Of a stretch of DNA of 64,000 nt, positions 16,809 through 31,590 are shown piece by piece. The notes below the pieces were generated by a model that saw nothing but the letters and a program-made list of their open reading frames with translations, made no database searches and had not been told where the DNA came from. Position numbers and translations under genes: made by a program. Source of the DNA: the human T2T-CHM13v2.0 reference genome, Homo sapiens; the NCBI RefSeq assembly GCF_009914755.1, contig NC_060942.1; one strand, written 5' to 3'. Position 1 is the first letter of the stretch. Each line of letters begins with the position of its first letter.

Positions 16809-16953
16809 TCAGATCAAATATTAGCAACAGTATTAAGCAGTATATATATAACTTCACATCATATATTAGTAACAGTACATATATAATTTCATATCAAATA
16901 TTAGTAACAGTATTAAACAGTATGTCATATCAAATATTAATAACAGTATTAAA
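16809..16953. repeat. Degenerate AT-rich minisatellite, 4 copies of a roughly 31-45 bp unit
   Basis: Core TCA(T/G/C)ATCA(A/T)ATATTA(G/A)(T/C)AACAGTA occurs four times in tandem. Confidence 0.85.
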
Positions 16954-17543
16954 AGTTTCACTGAGTTTTCTAAATTCATCCTGATTGAATACAGTTTGCA
17001 TAATTTTAAGGAAAGAATAGCAGTGCTTCTTCCTCCTTTGAAATATCTTTTAATATGCTCTTCATCATCTTACAAGTGCACCCATACAAAGTTGTACTTA
17101 AAACCCAAATCCTTGTGTTCAAGTTTGGCCATGTTTATCTTCCATAATTGTCTCTGATCTGACAGAATAGCACCACACATTGCCTCTCATAATTGCAAAT
17201 GAGGAAATAAAGCTTTTATGCTCATACATAATTTCTTAAACTATCAGACAAATTATACTTGAAATTAGACCTATTTCATTATGAATATAAAGAGCCCTTC
17301 ACTGAAATCCACAGTTCCTAAGCCTACCAAAATAAAACTTGCTCTCTTACCATTATGATGAATAAGAATAATTAGGGGGCCAACTGGGAGCTAAGAAAAG
17401 GTCAAATATTAAAACTGCTTATTAGCCTGCTCATCTTAGTGGCTTTGTCATCTATGGAAGTGAAGAGTTAGCATTTGTAGACTGGAGGACTTGGTAGCTT
17501 GCTTTGGTTTGTGTCATGGTATTTGCTGATTTAGAAATCACTA

Positions 17544-17849
<306 letters not shown>

Positions 17850-18155
17850 TCAAGTTTGGGAAGTTGTTGCTCCATTTTCATTAATATCAGTACTTTTAAA
17901 CTTTGAACCACTGACCTTGGTAGTTCTATATGTCAAAAACAGGTAGATACTAACACGTTCAGTTCAACATAAAATAAGGTGGGAATGGCTTACTAGACTG
18001 TGTTACAAAGTAGAGCATAAGTGTCATTTTTCATTTTCACAAACAAGAGAAATCAGTTTCAATCTTATTCAGTCCCCTGACATTCAAATGCCAAATGCTC
18101 ATCCCTAAGCAACTGGAAACAGCAATGGAAAAAGGGGTGACAGCCAAGGCCACAA

Positions 18156-18352
18156 TACACACACATACACGCAAAAACACATGTGCGTGCACACACACCC
18201 ACACACACCCACACACACACACACACACCACACACACAAAAACAAACATACACACACACAAACACATACACATATACACACCATACACACACATACACAC
18301 ACACTCACCACACACACACATACACACACCACACACACATACACACACACAC
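18156..18352. repeat. Compound, degenerate (CA)n tract of about 200 bp
   Basis: Directly visible interrupted CA/TA repeats. Confidence 0.95.
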
Positions 18353-19639
18353 TTGTATGGGCTTTATGTAAGCAGCAGTGGCTTTTTATAACAGGATTAA
18401 TTTACTGCCTGCCATAGTTTCCTACTTTCAAGAACTTAGTAAAAATAGAATTTTTTGTAGACTTTTACTGTAGACTTTAGAATATTCTATATTATTCTTG
18501 GCAGCATCCGCCTTGGACTGAGGTGTGCATTAACACGAAAAGAAATCAATTCAACTAACTATAATGCAGTCCTATTTCTTCTATCTCCAGCACATGATGC
18601 GACCCAACATTACATCTTAACAACTAATACAGCCGTAAATTGATTAAAATTACTGTTTTATCTTGATGAATTTACTTTGACATTGTCTGCTTCTTCCTGG
18701 GAACATCCTCTTCCCTGACATATATGGAACTATCGCTTTTGCTTTCAAATATTTCTGTTGCTAGAGAAGTAGACACACCTTTTATGGCATGAATTCAGCC
18801 TTGGACTCTGTCTGGGGATTATGCTTATGATACCATACTAATGAGACACATGCGGCCTCTGACCACAGTGTGAAAACCTCGCTCCCAGAGCAACATCCAA
18901 ATAGCAATGAATTGGATGAATGCCTCAAAATGAACCTCTTTTGCCAGATCTCTTCAGTCTCTACCTACTCAGAGTATTTGGCCTTACATTTCATCGAATC
19001 ACAGAGTCTGTGTTACTGAGAATGGAGAGGGGTGAAAAAGAATCCTTGCAGGGACCAGTCTAAAGAGATGTTTCCCAGGCTGCCTCAGCCTTCTGCTCTA
19101 TTACCCTTCTTTTCAGTCTACACCACAGCGTCATACCTTAGAAAGTTACGGTAGTTAAAAAATTGCTGGTGGCATCCTTTATTCAGGAAATTAGAGTAAG
19201 TATTCCAATAACATTTTTGAGCTCACTATAGGTGTTTCCATCAGCTCATGAACTTGAGATTGTTTGATTTTGTGATCACTAGATTTAAAAAATCTCAGGT
19301 CTCCTAAACCCAGGCATAGACGTTGTTTCACTTTCCCTGGCCCATCGTTCCACCATATATTTACGAAATGGTGCATAATATTTCACAACTCTCCCTGCTT
19401 TCTCCTAAAGTGAGGCTGCTTTGGTATCAGTGTCTACTTCCAAAAAGTAGGTATGACTCAAGAGCCCCTGTGAGTTAAGATGGATGGTTTAAGTCAAAAT
19501 TCCATAGAGGCTAAGTTAACCTCCACAAATATCTTTGCTAGACCACTTGGCAAACTTTTACTGGGGGACAAGTAGGTTACAGAACCCACCACTCTTGGCC
19601 TATCACTTGAAAAAGTCAAGCAACAACGTACCCTTTTAA

Positions 19640-20690
19640 ATGCACCTCCAATTCTAGCCAAACTCCCCTATTAGTGATTCCTCAAATATGTTTATCAACA
19701 GGTCCTAGGCCACTTTGGAACAGGAGCTGTTTCCTGTTCATTACCGATTACTCCAGTCTCTACTCCATTTCTGCACACAGTAAGCATTCAGTAAATATTT
19801 ACTGAAGGAATAAATTAATTCCTGCCTGTTTCTTTGCCAACCTGGAATGCCCCCTGCCCAACAGTAAACCACAAATTCATAAGCATCCTTCAAATTAGCT
19901 CAAATGTTTGTCTCGTCTCTCATAATGCCCTCATAACCTTAAAGAAAAGTAACATTTTCTGAATGAAAAAGCATGTCTACCAATAAAGGAATAATTCAGT
20001 AAGGATTATCATGCAATGGGAATTCTGTGCAACAGTTACAAAGAATGACTGTTGCAGTGTGCCTGGGCATGGAACGATGTTCACAATGCAACAAGTAAAA
20101 AAACTAGGTTGTCAAATTGTTTATAGTAGGACTGACCTATTAGGTAGATACGGTCAATATCCACCATTTAGAGGAAGTTAAGGCTCAGAAGGATGCACAC
20201 ACTGTCCAGTGTCAAGGAAAAACTGGGAACTAATCCCAGTCAGGCTGTCTCCAGATCCCCACTCCTAACCACTCCACACTGCTACCTCTCTCATCTACAC
20301 AGAAAACACCTATAAAAATAACAGACTATTAACAGTAGTTGCTTCTAAGAAGAACTGAAGGGAAAACTATGGCTTTTTATCTTTATCATGTTAAAGTTTT
20401 TCACGATGTCTATGTGTATATTTTGTATTTACAAAATAAAATTAAATCTAAGGAAAAAGTTGTCTCTTCCACCTCAGAATACCCATAGCATTTTGGTTTT
20501 AACACTCTTACAACATCATTACATATGGCCTTGTAGAATTTCACCATCTATACATGCTACTTCCTTGATTAGACTGTAACCCCCTTAAGAGTAGGGCTTT
20601 GCCACTGCTGTGTCCTCAGAGAACCTAGCATAGTGCCTTGCACATAATAAGCCTGTGATGATAGTGCAGAATGAATAAAGGAATAAAGGG
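19640..20690. mobile_element. Mosaic of ancient L2, L1ME and MIR fragments
   Basis: L2 ends (CAGTAAATATTTACTGAAGGAAT; TAGACTGTAA...GCATAGTGCCTTGCACATA), MIR core (CCATTTAGAGGAAGTTAAGGCTCAGA) and L1ME-like A-rich pieces; boundaries approximate. Confidence 0.45.
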
Positions 20691-20725
20691 GTTACCTTCC
20701 TTGGCCCTCAAAAACAGAGGCATCA

Positions 20726-21048
<323 letters not shown>

Positions 21049-21792
21049 TCAGAGAAAAGTTATCACACCTGACCAATGGAGTCAACGTCCAATAGCTTCA
21101 CCAAATTGGTTATTCTGCAACATACCATCTGGCTAACATAATGACATGGCTACAATAACAATATTAAAAAGGAATTTGATGAAAGTGCTGGAAAAATAAT
21201 ATTTGGGTAATAATTTCCACTTAGGCATCCAGAAAGAGGCAAGAAACAAGAAAGTTTCCTGAGTCATGAACCTCTTTCTGCCACAAGAACTTAAGCCCAG
21301 GGAGGTTCTACTGAAAGGCAAAGGTGTGTGAAGCTAAGCTCCAGGCCTTAACCATGTTTTTCTTACAAATACATTCAATGCAAATTCTGTTTAACCACAG
21401 CAGACACTTTGAGGCTTTGGTCAGCTTGCAGGGCTAAGAAAGATATTTATTAACCACATATACAAAGAAAGTGGAAAAATACACTTTCCAATGCCAATCA
21501 TTAGGAAACATGGAAACTTATCGCATGAGTCCCAGTGGGCAGCCAGGAGAAGAGGAAATCAAAATTGTAATCCCAGTCGAGCAAGTCCATTGATATCCTA
21601 AGCCTCAAGGTAACTTCACAAAAATGGAACTAAACCATGTATAATTTTTTTAAACATTAATAAAAGCTAGTTCCATCAGAAGTGCTTAACTAACACATGG
21701 GATGCATTGCCATGATTTCACTGACCTCCTGAGCCATCCTGGGGCCACTTCTCAGCCAGAGGGACCGAGTTCCCAGTGCTAACCCAGCATGA

Positions 21793-22272
<480 letters not shown>

Positions 22273-22419
22273 TGAAAACTAAACTTTAACAGTTTGGGGT
22301 AAATTGCATGCTGCAGCTACTTTATCAGTAAGACCTAACATAGGAAATCTAATTAAGACTTTATATTGACAACTTAATTAGGATGGCAAGGGAAAGGAAA
22401 TATGTATGACAAATACTAA

Positions 22420-22761
<342 letters not shown>

Positions 22762-24055
22762 TGTTTCACATATTTTTAAAACTTGGTTAGCCCTTCCTTG
22801 GAACAAATGAATCCTGAGAAACAAATAATTCTTAAAGTTTTTTTTATCAGAAAAAGAACTAGAGTATATGTGTGTATGTGTGAGTGTGTGTTTCCTCTGC
22901 TATCATCTGGAACGTGTTAATTTTTGCTGCAGATTGCCCAGAATTACAACCCCGAAACCAAAGTAAAGCAAACTCCAATATTCTCGGTTTTCTTTAAAAA
23001 GTACACCCTGGGACCTCAAAATGCCTCTCTCCAGATTGTAATGAGCGACATTGCAAAGGAAAAGACCACAATTTGATTCTATCATATTATATTAAACACA
23101 TAGGATGCAGGAATGCCAACTGCACCTGACTGATGGAATCGGCAGCATCCTTTGAGTAGGAGGTGGCACCACCTTTCACAGAAGTTGCCTTATGGATGTG
23201 GACATCACCTCTTGATTCTGCAGAGTTCACTTAGGCCGTTGCTTATGGTTCTGGGTGGCCCATGGGAATCCCATGCTAAGCATCCATCACCGTTCTCTAC
23301 CTTTGCATACCTTGCCTGAAGCTGGTATAAAGACAGACTTCTCTTAGACAAATGTGAATATGCTGATTTTACAGATGAAGACTATAGGGCCAAATGACTT
23401 AAATGTTTTAACTTCATTTTATGTCCAGCTACTCTAAAAAGCTACTTTGTGGTTCTTTATGAAAAGAGGGAAATATTTGTATTCACTTAGAGGCCAGGAT
23501 CAGAATTTCTCTCAGAAGAGGAACTATATTTGTTTGGATGTTTTCCTTGGTAAATTCTTGGCGTAGAATGAGAGATCCGAAGGAGTCCAGGTAAGGGCAG
23601 AAATGCTCTCCTCCAGGGAATGATGCTGGCTGTGGCTTGGGGAAATGGAGGGGAACTAGAGAGAGGAGAAGCCTGTACACAAAGGGGGAGCCACTCAGGT
23701 GGTGCCAGCCCTGCAGGGCACGGTGTGGGCTCTTCCTGTGGCATGCAGAACTTCCAAAGTTACTTATGAAAGGCTTGGTGCAGAGTCTGAGGGCACAGAG
23801 TTTTGCCTTTAATCCGATGTGAGGTAGAATCATTTAGGACACTTAGTAGGAATCCTCAGGCAGAAGACTAAGAAAATTTGCAGAAATTGTCCTGAGATCG
23901 GTAGGCTCTCCGAGGCTAGAGGCACAACTAAGGTTCAAGGAACAGGAAAGCTTCCATGTGACAGCCAGCTGTATACTTGTTTGATATCAAAACAACCAGT
24001 CTCTTTAGTCAATTTTAATTAAATAATCGATCAATTCAATTAAGAGAAAGGAGAG

Positions 24056-24360
24056 GGCCGGGAGTGGGGGCTCATGCCTGTTATCCCAGCACTTTGGGAG
24101 GCCAAGGCGGGCTGACCAACTGAGGTCAGGAGTTCAAGACCAGCCTGGCCAATATGGCAAAACCCTGTTTCTACTAAAAATACAAAAATTAGCCAGGTGT
24201 GGTGGTGGGTGCCTGTAATCCCAGTTACTCGGGAGGCTGAGGCAGGAGAATCACTTGAACCTGGGGGGTGGAGGCTGCAGTGAGCCAAGATCACATCATT
24301 TTACTCCAGCCTGGGCAAAAGAGTGAAACTCTGTCTCAAAAAAAAAAAAAAAAAAAAAAA
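24056..24360 (+). mobile_element. AluS (Sx-like)
   Basis: Full Alu; TSD AGAGAAAGGAGAG. Confidence 0.92.
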
Positions 24361-26399
24361 GACAGAGAGAGAGAGAAAGGAGAGGCAGGAAAGGGACCCT
24401 ACTTATTTGATATCTGGTATAATTAAATGTTTTCTTTATCATCCTTTGTTGAATCAATCAAATTTTGTAGGGCATGTGCCAGGTGCCACGGACAGTAACC
24501 TGCTAGCACTGTTAGGCTACAAGCCCTTCTTTCAGGTGAGTTCCAGTACAGTCCTGTGAAGTACGAACTGGCATCATTCTTCTTTCAGGGAAGGAAGAAA
24601 CAGGAGATAAGAGAGATCAAGTGATCCCAGGAGGAGCGGGTTGTGTAGCCAGAATGCAAAGCTCCAGCCCTCGCCATGGAGGCCCCCTTTCCTCACCTCC
24701 CACGGGCTTCCTCCTCTCTCATCCCTCCCGCTTGAATCCATGGAGTTGGCTTGAGTGTGGATCCCTATGTGATTTGATTTGATTTACCCTTAGCAACTTT
24801 GATCCTGCTTTTGTTTGCTATTTTCTTTACCAAGAACTCCATTTCAACAGTTTCAGATGATAAAAACTCCACCAGACATCATCCCACCAGCACATTAGAA
24901 CTTCTCAGTTGTGAATTTCAGGAGATGAGGTTTGAGACACGACAGAAGGAAACACTGCTCCCAGGATCAGCTTTCTAGTACACAAGTGTGGCCAGGCCCC
25001 TCCTTTGCCTCAACAAGTTGTTAGAGACTAATGGTAATAACAATTATTGCAGTAAACCGATTCTGTCACATATCAGCTGTCCTTATGTCAGACACTTCAC
25101 ACCATTTGGCTCTTTGGTTCATCTGCTTCACCTCCTTCACCTGGAAGGTGGCTGCCATGGAGCAGACCTGTGAAAAACAGCTGCTAAGTAAATAAGTGAA
25201 TAACGGAATGAATTAACACATGAATATATTTGTTTCGTTTTCACAAAGTTCCACAAGGTATTGTCATTTTTGTTTTCAAGATGAACATAAGAGGACTCAG
25301 AGAGGATAAATATTTTGCCCCAAGTATTATCGGCAGCTAGATCTCCTAGATCACAGTCCCAAGAATCAAAACTGGACCAGCCTGACTCAATTTCAGACTC
25401 CTCCTGGTTCCTCACAGTGGCTCTCCCCAACCCCAGCTACCTGGCCCCAGCATTCCAGACCCTTTAAAATCTGGACAACCCATCTCTCACGCATCAGGCC
25501 TCATCACAACACAGACTCCAGTCACCTGCTTGCCCTTCCTAAGACACTCCAACATCTTTTATTCCTCCTTTCCTTTTGATGTGCTGCCTAATTTCCTGGA
25601 ATATTTCTCCTCTTCCTTCCCCCTGTAACGTATCAGGCAAAATGCAGCTCCAAGCCCATTTGCTGACCAAGCTTCTCCACTCAGCCCTTGCTACATCCAA
25701 CCCCTATTTAGGGGGCTCTTAGTACACACAGGTTTTAGTGTTTGATGTTTAGATTGTTCACTGGCAATAAACTAAAAGCCAGTACTCCTATCTTGATCAA
25801 TTATGAAATGGATCTCCTAACCTTCCTTCCTCCTGAGTCCCCTTCTCCCTTATCTATTAAGGCTGCAATTTCCTAGACGTTAACTGGAAGCTAAATATGG
25901 AACACCAGATATCACTATGAAAATATAGAAAAAAAATTTTTTTTAAAGCTTACTTAAATTGTAATGCTTACTGGCACTCAAAAAGTGCTACTTTGGCAAG
26001 AAAGGAAAAAAAAAAAACGGAGAGAGTGGAAGAGAGGGTGGGAGAAAAAAAGGGAGGTAGGGGGTATAATGGAAACCCTAATGGTACATGTGGTCATCTG
26101 AAGCCTGTGTACTACCCAGGACAGACACTATAAATTAATCCTCCTTCATTTCCAGCATCGAGTACAATATCCTGACAGAGTGAGTCATCAATAAATATAC
26201 GTTGTATGTAATTGAATTGACATGACTTACAAAAAATTATATTTATAATGGCATACAAAGAATTTTAGAAACTGATATATCAGCAATGGGTAATATTAAA
26301 ATTATTGGTGTCATAAAAATTAATGTGAAGCTGACTTTTTAAAACGGTGTCTTATTTATCCTAATGATACGAAAATTCGACAGAGAAATCTCAAAACAG

Positions 26400-26715
<316 letters not shown>

Positions 26716-27108
26716 CTAATGAGACTGATAAATAAGTGCAAAGCATACAGGAGGAAAACTGTATTGTTATGAAATATCCACACAAATTTACAAATCTGTC
26801 AGGACTTATTCTGAAGGAATTGATAGATATGAAAAACACTACTATATTGTGATAATGGATCCCTGCTGCTCCAGCCAAACTTTCTTACAATAAAAAAGAG
26901 ACACATAAATAATTTCGGGTTTTTTTTTTTAACAGGAAGAGGAGCTAAAAATGTCATATTTAAAGGAAACAGGATTTTTAATTCAAAACCGTTCCTCAAC
27001 CTCCAAGGTTTTTTTCCGCAGAAAACAAAATGCCTGTCATGTATGTTTTAGATTAAAATGAGTGGCCAATCCCATGTGTAGCATGGCAAGAAATTGGCCA
27101 AATCCACC

Positions 27109-27462
27109 TGCTATGTTCTGAATGTTTGTGTCCCCCCAAAATTCCTATGTTGAATCCTAATCCTCAAAGTGATGGTGTTAGGTGGAGCTGTTGGGAGGTG
27201 ATGAGGTCATACACGTGGAGTCCTTGTGAGTGGGATACGTGCCCTTATAAAAGAGACTCCAGGGGACTCCCTTTTTCCACCCTGTGAGGACACAGCAAGG
27301 GGGGCTGTCTATGAACCAGGAAATGGACTCTCACCAGACACTGAATCGGCTGGTGTCTATACCTCAGGCTTCCCAGCCAGAAGTGTGAGAAATAAATGTC
27401 TGTTGTTTATAAGCTGCTCAGTCTTTGAAATTTACTTACAGAGGCAGGAACAGACAATGACA
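27109..27462 (+). mobile_element. MaLR solo LTR (MLT1A0-like)
   Basis: TG...CA termini, TGAATGTTTGTGTCCCCCCAAAATTC start, GTGAGAAATAAAT poly(A) signal, perfect 5-bp TSD CCACC. Confidence 0.9.
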
Positions 27463-28827
27463 CCACCCTTAGTGTCATTTTCATCCCTGCACACTGTCAG
27501 ATCTTGGATTATGCTAGCCCAGGGCCAGTCCACCTTCTCTGCAGGCAGCATCCCCTGTAACATAAGCATCTCTCTCCCAAGCAATGCACTTGGCTTTTCT
27601 TCATTTTAATCTAAATATATTTATCTGAGTATAGATAATAAAAATATTTTTCCTGTGCAAATGGGTAAGAACACAGTGTGGTTCTCAAGAAGCTTATGAC
27701 CTCAATGTCCAGTGGGAAGATCAGCTTTAAGCTCTGGTGTTTCCTGTGAACATTGATAATTTTATTTCCCACCTTGTTTATGTGCCCCTTAACATCACCT
27801 AATCACTCTGCATTTTCCTTCCCTCCCTTATTCTTTCCCACAGTTTTTCATCAAGATCAACTAAAATCGTCATTTCAGGTTTTCACATGTGCTTCTGTCT
27901 ACCTCCGTAACGTTTTCAACTTTCTCCAAGGGAAGCTACTCCAATGTTTGAATCAAGGCACGCCAATCAAGTGGGCTTGTGCACTGCACAGGCTGAGCAC
28001 GGTGCCTGCCTTTCCTCCTGCCACCCTCCAAGCACTCACAGAACTTCAGGCACAACAGCCTGCTTGCAGTCCCTGCTGCTTTTGCTTCATTTCTGTTTCT
28101 CTGTTCACCTTCAAATGAAGAATGCTGCTTCCTACATTTCCTTTGTGATGCCACTCACATATATCCTTCAAGAAGTCACTGCTTGGACGCAGACTGCTGA
28201 GGGAGGCACTTCCTTGTCTCTGCTCCCCCTGGACCTTAGGCAGACCTCAATGTATACTTGGGACACTTGAACTATTTGGTTACAAGTCTTTTCCCTACCC
28301 CCACAATTATAAGCCCCTGCAGGCAGAGACTATGGTCTATTCATTCCTGTCTCCCCAGGAAATTAATGCAGAGGAGGTCCTGAAATGAATGCATGAAAAG
28401 TGGGTTACCAAGTCTCAGTAAGCAGAGGACAGAGCTCCCACTCTGACTCTCTTCTAAAAGCTGCTTTACTGAGGAAACATAGATGAAAAAAAAGTGCCAC
28501 AACACATTCCTTAAATGAGAAATTCAGAAAATTCTCTGTGACTTCCTATTCATTGGATTTCTATTTTAAACAACACTTCACCTCTGCAATGCAGAAACAA
28601 GGGATATTCATAGGAGAACCCCTTAAGGTCCTAACATGCTCTGATTGAATTGTATTGATCAGTTTTCCTATGTTCTAGTTTTTTAAATTCTTTGATCACT
28701 AGCATTATTAATGTGTTAATTGTTTTCTTTATCAAATGTACCGTTTCTCACATCCAGGCAGAACACAGAAGGTTCCCTTAAATTGTGGGACTGAAGAGAG
28801 TGTAATGAAGGGGTGATATTGATTGGT

Positions 28828-29050
28828 GTAGTCTAGGTTTAGAAGAAGCTACAAAGGAGACTAGAGAACCACAGGGTTATCAACGGTGGCAACCATTAGC
28901 ACCCTATCTCCCATCAACCCCCATTGGCTAAACCCAGTCAGAAGCCAGAAGGCAGAAGGGCATCTTAGTGCAACCCATACAGGCCAGCCTCATAACTCAC
29001 ACCAAGGGGGCTCATGGTCTGGAGAAGCAAATGGAAAATATCCAACCACA
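28828..29050 (-). mobile_element. ERVL LTR fragment (LTR33-like)
   Basis: TCTGGAGAAGCAAATGGAAAATATCCAACCACA is the reverse of the recalled LTR33 start. Confidence 0.55.
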
Positions 29051-29244
29051 GTGACTGAGACTGGGGATGAAGACCAGGAGGTGTAAAGAAATGGACTCCA
29101 AATGGGAATTAGCCAGGTAACCATGCAAAGAACAGTTTAAATTACCATAGAAACCACTTTTCTAGTGTACTGTTTATCTATCAGTAACAGCAGTTATCAG
29201 TCTGTCTAGGGTTCGTATGTGCATGTGTGCATCCTCTTTACTAG

Positions 29245-29400
29245 TCAGGGGTCCTTACAACTGGCCACAGGTCAGAATCTTTGGGGCGGTCCCCTCCACA
29301 CCTCCTGAGTCCAAATCCTCAGGAGTAGCACCTCAATGACTACATTTTCCCAAAGCATTCCAGGCAATTTAGATATGTATCATGGTTGATAACCACCCCC
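29245..29400. mobile_element. MER5-like hAT MITE
   Basis: CAGGGGTCCTTACAACT...TCAGAATCT...GGTTGATAACCAC pattern. Confidence 0.45.
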
Positions 29401-30843
29401 TAAGCTCTCAGGGCTCAATTCATCTTAATCTGTCTTGACAACAGAATGCTTAGGCTTATCGAGTAAGACTTAAAACCTGTTGCTGAATTCAGTTAACACA
29501 GGCGAAATCAATGTGTCATCAAGCACTTTCAACAGAAAAGATGTAATTGAGTTTAATAATTGAGCTCAAGGTATCATTCACTTCACTAAAAGATAAGCAA
29601 CCAAGCAGTGATGACAGGTAATGTGCCTGCCCAAACTCTTGAAATTTGTTTTAAGAGATAAGCTTGTATAACTGAGTTTCAAATGAAGACAGGCAAGGAG
29701 GGCAGCCATTCCTCTTCCAAGGAATAAAACCTCCAACCGGCATTTCTGAACACTGTGTGGTAGGCACGCGTTAAATCCCCATCAACTCCATTACAGGATT
29801 TTCCAATTGAGCACACAATGTATCCAGCTGGTAGCACAAGATGTTGACAGACAGAGTGTCCATCTCCTCAAACATTCTGTCTTAGGCACAAATGCTTTGC
29901 AGGGGTCCTCAGGAGGAAAAGGAGACGCCACATCTGCAGTCTCTGAGGAGGTGAGTACAAGTCAAATACAAACCTCTTCCAGCTCTGTCCAACGAGCATT
30001 TCCTGTCTTAGCCCCTTCCTGCAGCCCTGACCTAGCCTCTGATAAAAGTCCAGGCCATTTCGAGGCCTATGAAGAGAACCGATTGATCTCACGAGTTTCT
30101 AATTCCTCTTCTCCTTACAGAGAAGGGAAGAGCATAAGAGTGTAATCAGAGATTCTAAAGTGGGCTTCACAGTATTGACCAGCCAGCAGGGCTCTTCTGA
30201 GAGAAGGGTAGGAAGGGAGAGCAGGAAGCCTGACAACCCGGATGCTGGATTCTGCCGGTTTCTGTGCCTCTTGCTCAGCTCAGCGCAAGGTTCCTCTTTT
30301 CTATGGATTCTCCATCACAGAGCATCTGTAACTGTAACGGTGCCTTTTCCTGGAACAAAACAGAGGTCCTCTCTGACCTTTGATAGGCTGGCTGCCAAAC
30401 TTTATCTGCCAGATTAAATGACAAGAAAGAAATAAAAGAGAGAGAGAGAAGGAAGAAGGAGGGAAAGAAAAAAGGGAGGGAGGGAGAAAGGAATACAAAC
30501 TGCTGGGCAAAAAAACAAAGTGAAACATAAGTATCTATATTTGGCTTTAAGCTCCGAAATAGAAGTGAATGAGAGGCCACTCAATGCAGGATGCACCAAA
30601 TTTGACACAGTCTAATGGGTTTACAATACCCACTGACCAGACTGACCAAATGCTATGGAAACCTATTTCCAACCTGAAAGGGTAGGGGTGGTCGGTAGTG
30701 GGGAGGGCAAAGGAAGTCAATTACTTCTGGGCAAACTGCCCAGTAAGCTTAAAGTATAAATACAAGGCAAAAAATAAATGCACAACCATGTTATCTTTCC
30801 AATCAGATTTTCACAAACACATCCCCCACTTCCTTTAAGAGAA

Positions 30844-31092
30844 GGGCGATTCACGAGGTCAGGAGATCAAGACCATCCTGGCTAACACGGTGAAACCAGT
30901 CTCTACTAAAAAAACACAAAAAACTAGCTGGGCGTGGTGGCGGGCGCCTGTAGTCCTCAGCTACACGGGAGGCTGAGGCAGGAGAATGGTGTGAACCCGG
31001 GGGGGCAAAGCTTGCAGTGAGCCGAGATCGCGCCACTGCACTCCAGCCTGGGCGACAGAGCGAGACTCCGTCTAAAAAAAAAAAAAAAAAAA
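30844..31092 (+). mobile_element. AluY, 5'-truncated
   Basis: Starts near GGGCG...TCACGAGGTCAGGAGATC; long A-tail; no clear TSD. Confidence 0.9.
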
Positions 31093-31263
31093 GTAGATGT
31101 GGGGCACATTGCTCTTTAAAAAGCGGCACTGTACATTTGCATAGAGAAGACCAATTTGTAAAGATAAGAAATTCACAAATATAGTGCTTCTAATATCACT
31201 ATGCTAGTGTATATGAAATGTCACCTCTCTAACCTCTGTTTGAAATTTAATAAGAAATATTCA

Positions 31264-31590
31264 GGCCCGGCGCAGTGGCTCATGCCTGTAATCCCAAAAC
31301 CTTGGGAGGCCAAGGTGGGCGGATCACGAGGTCAGGAGTTGAAGAACAGCCTGGCCAGCATGATGAAACCCCGTCTCTACTAAAAATACAAAAATTAGCC
31401 GTGCATGGTGGCACGCGCCTGTAATCCCAGCTACTCAAGAGGCTGAGGTAGGAGAATCACTTGACCCCGGGAGGCGGAGGTTGCAGTGAGTCCAGATGGT
31501 GACAGAGCACTCCAGCCTGGGCAACACAGCAAGACTCCGTCTCAAAAAAAAAAAAAAAAGAAAAAAAGAAAAAGAAAGGAAAAGAAAAGA
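31264..31590 (+). mobile_element. AluS (Sg-like)
   Basis: Full Alu with A/GAAAA tail; TSD AAGAAATATT. Confidence 0.92.

Noticed and set aside
16809-16953. Repeat-spacer look suggesting a CRISPR array
   Set aside because: Eukaryotic context, the spacers are related to each other and to the repeat, and no cas genes are present.
17351-17390. Minus-strand AG...GTAAGA pair enclosing 40 nt
   Set aside because: Short pyrimidine tract, AT-rich body, not frame-preserving; likely a pseudo-exon.
18037-18417. Cys/Val- and His/Thr-rich ORFs on both strands
   Set aside because: Artefacts of the (CA)n tract.
21126-21149. Another 24-nt minus-strand AG/GT interval
   Set aside because: Weak acceptor and donor (GTATGT), and a stop codon in one frame.
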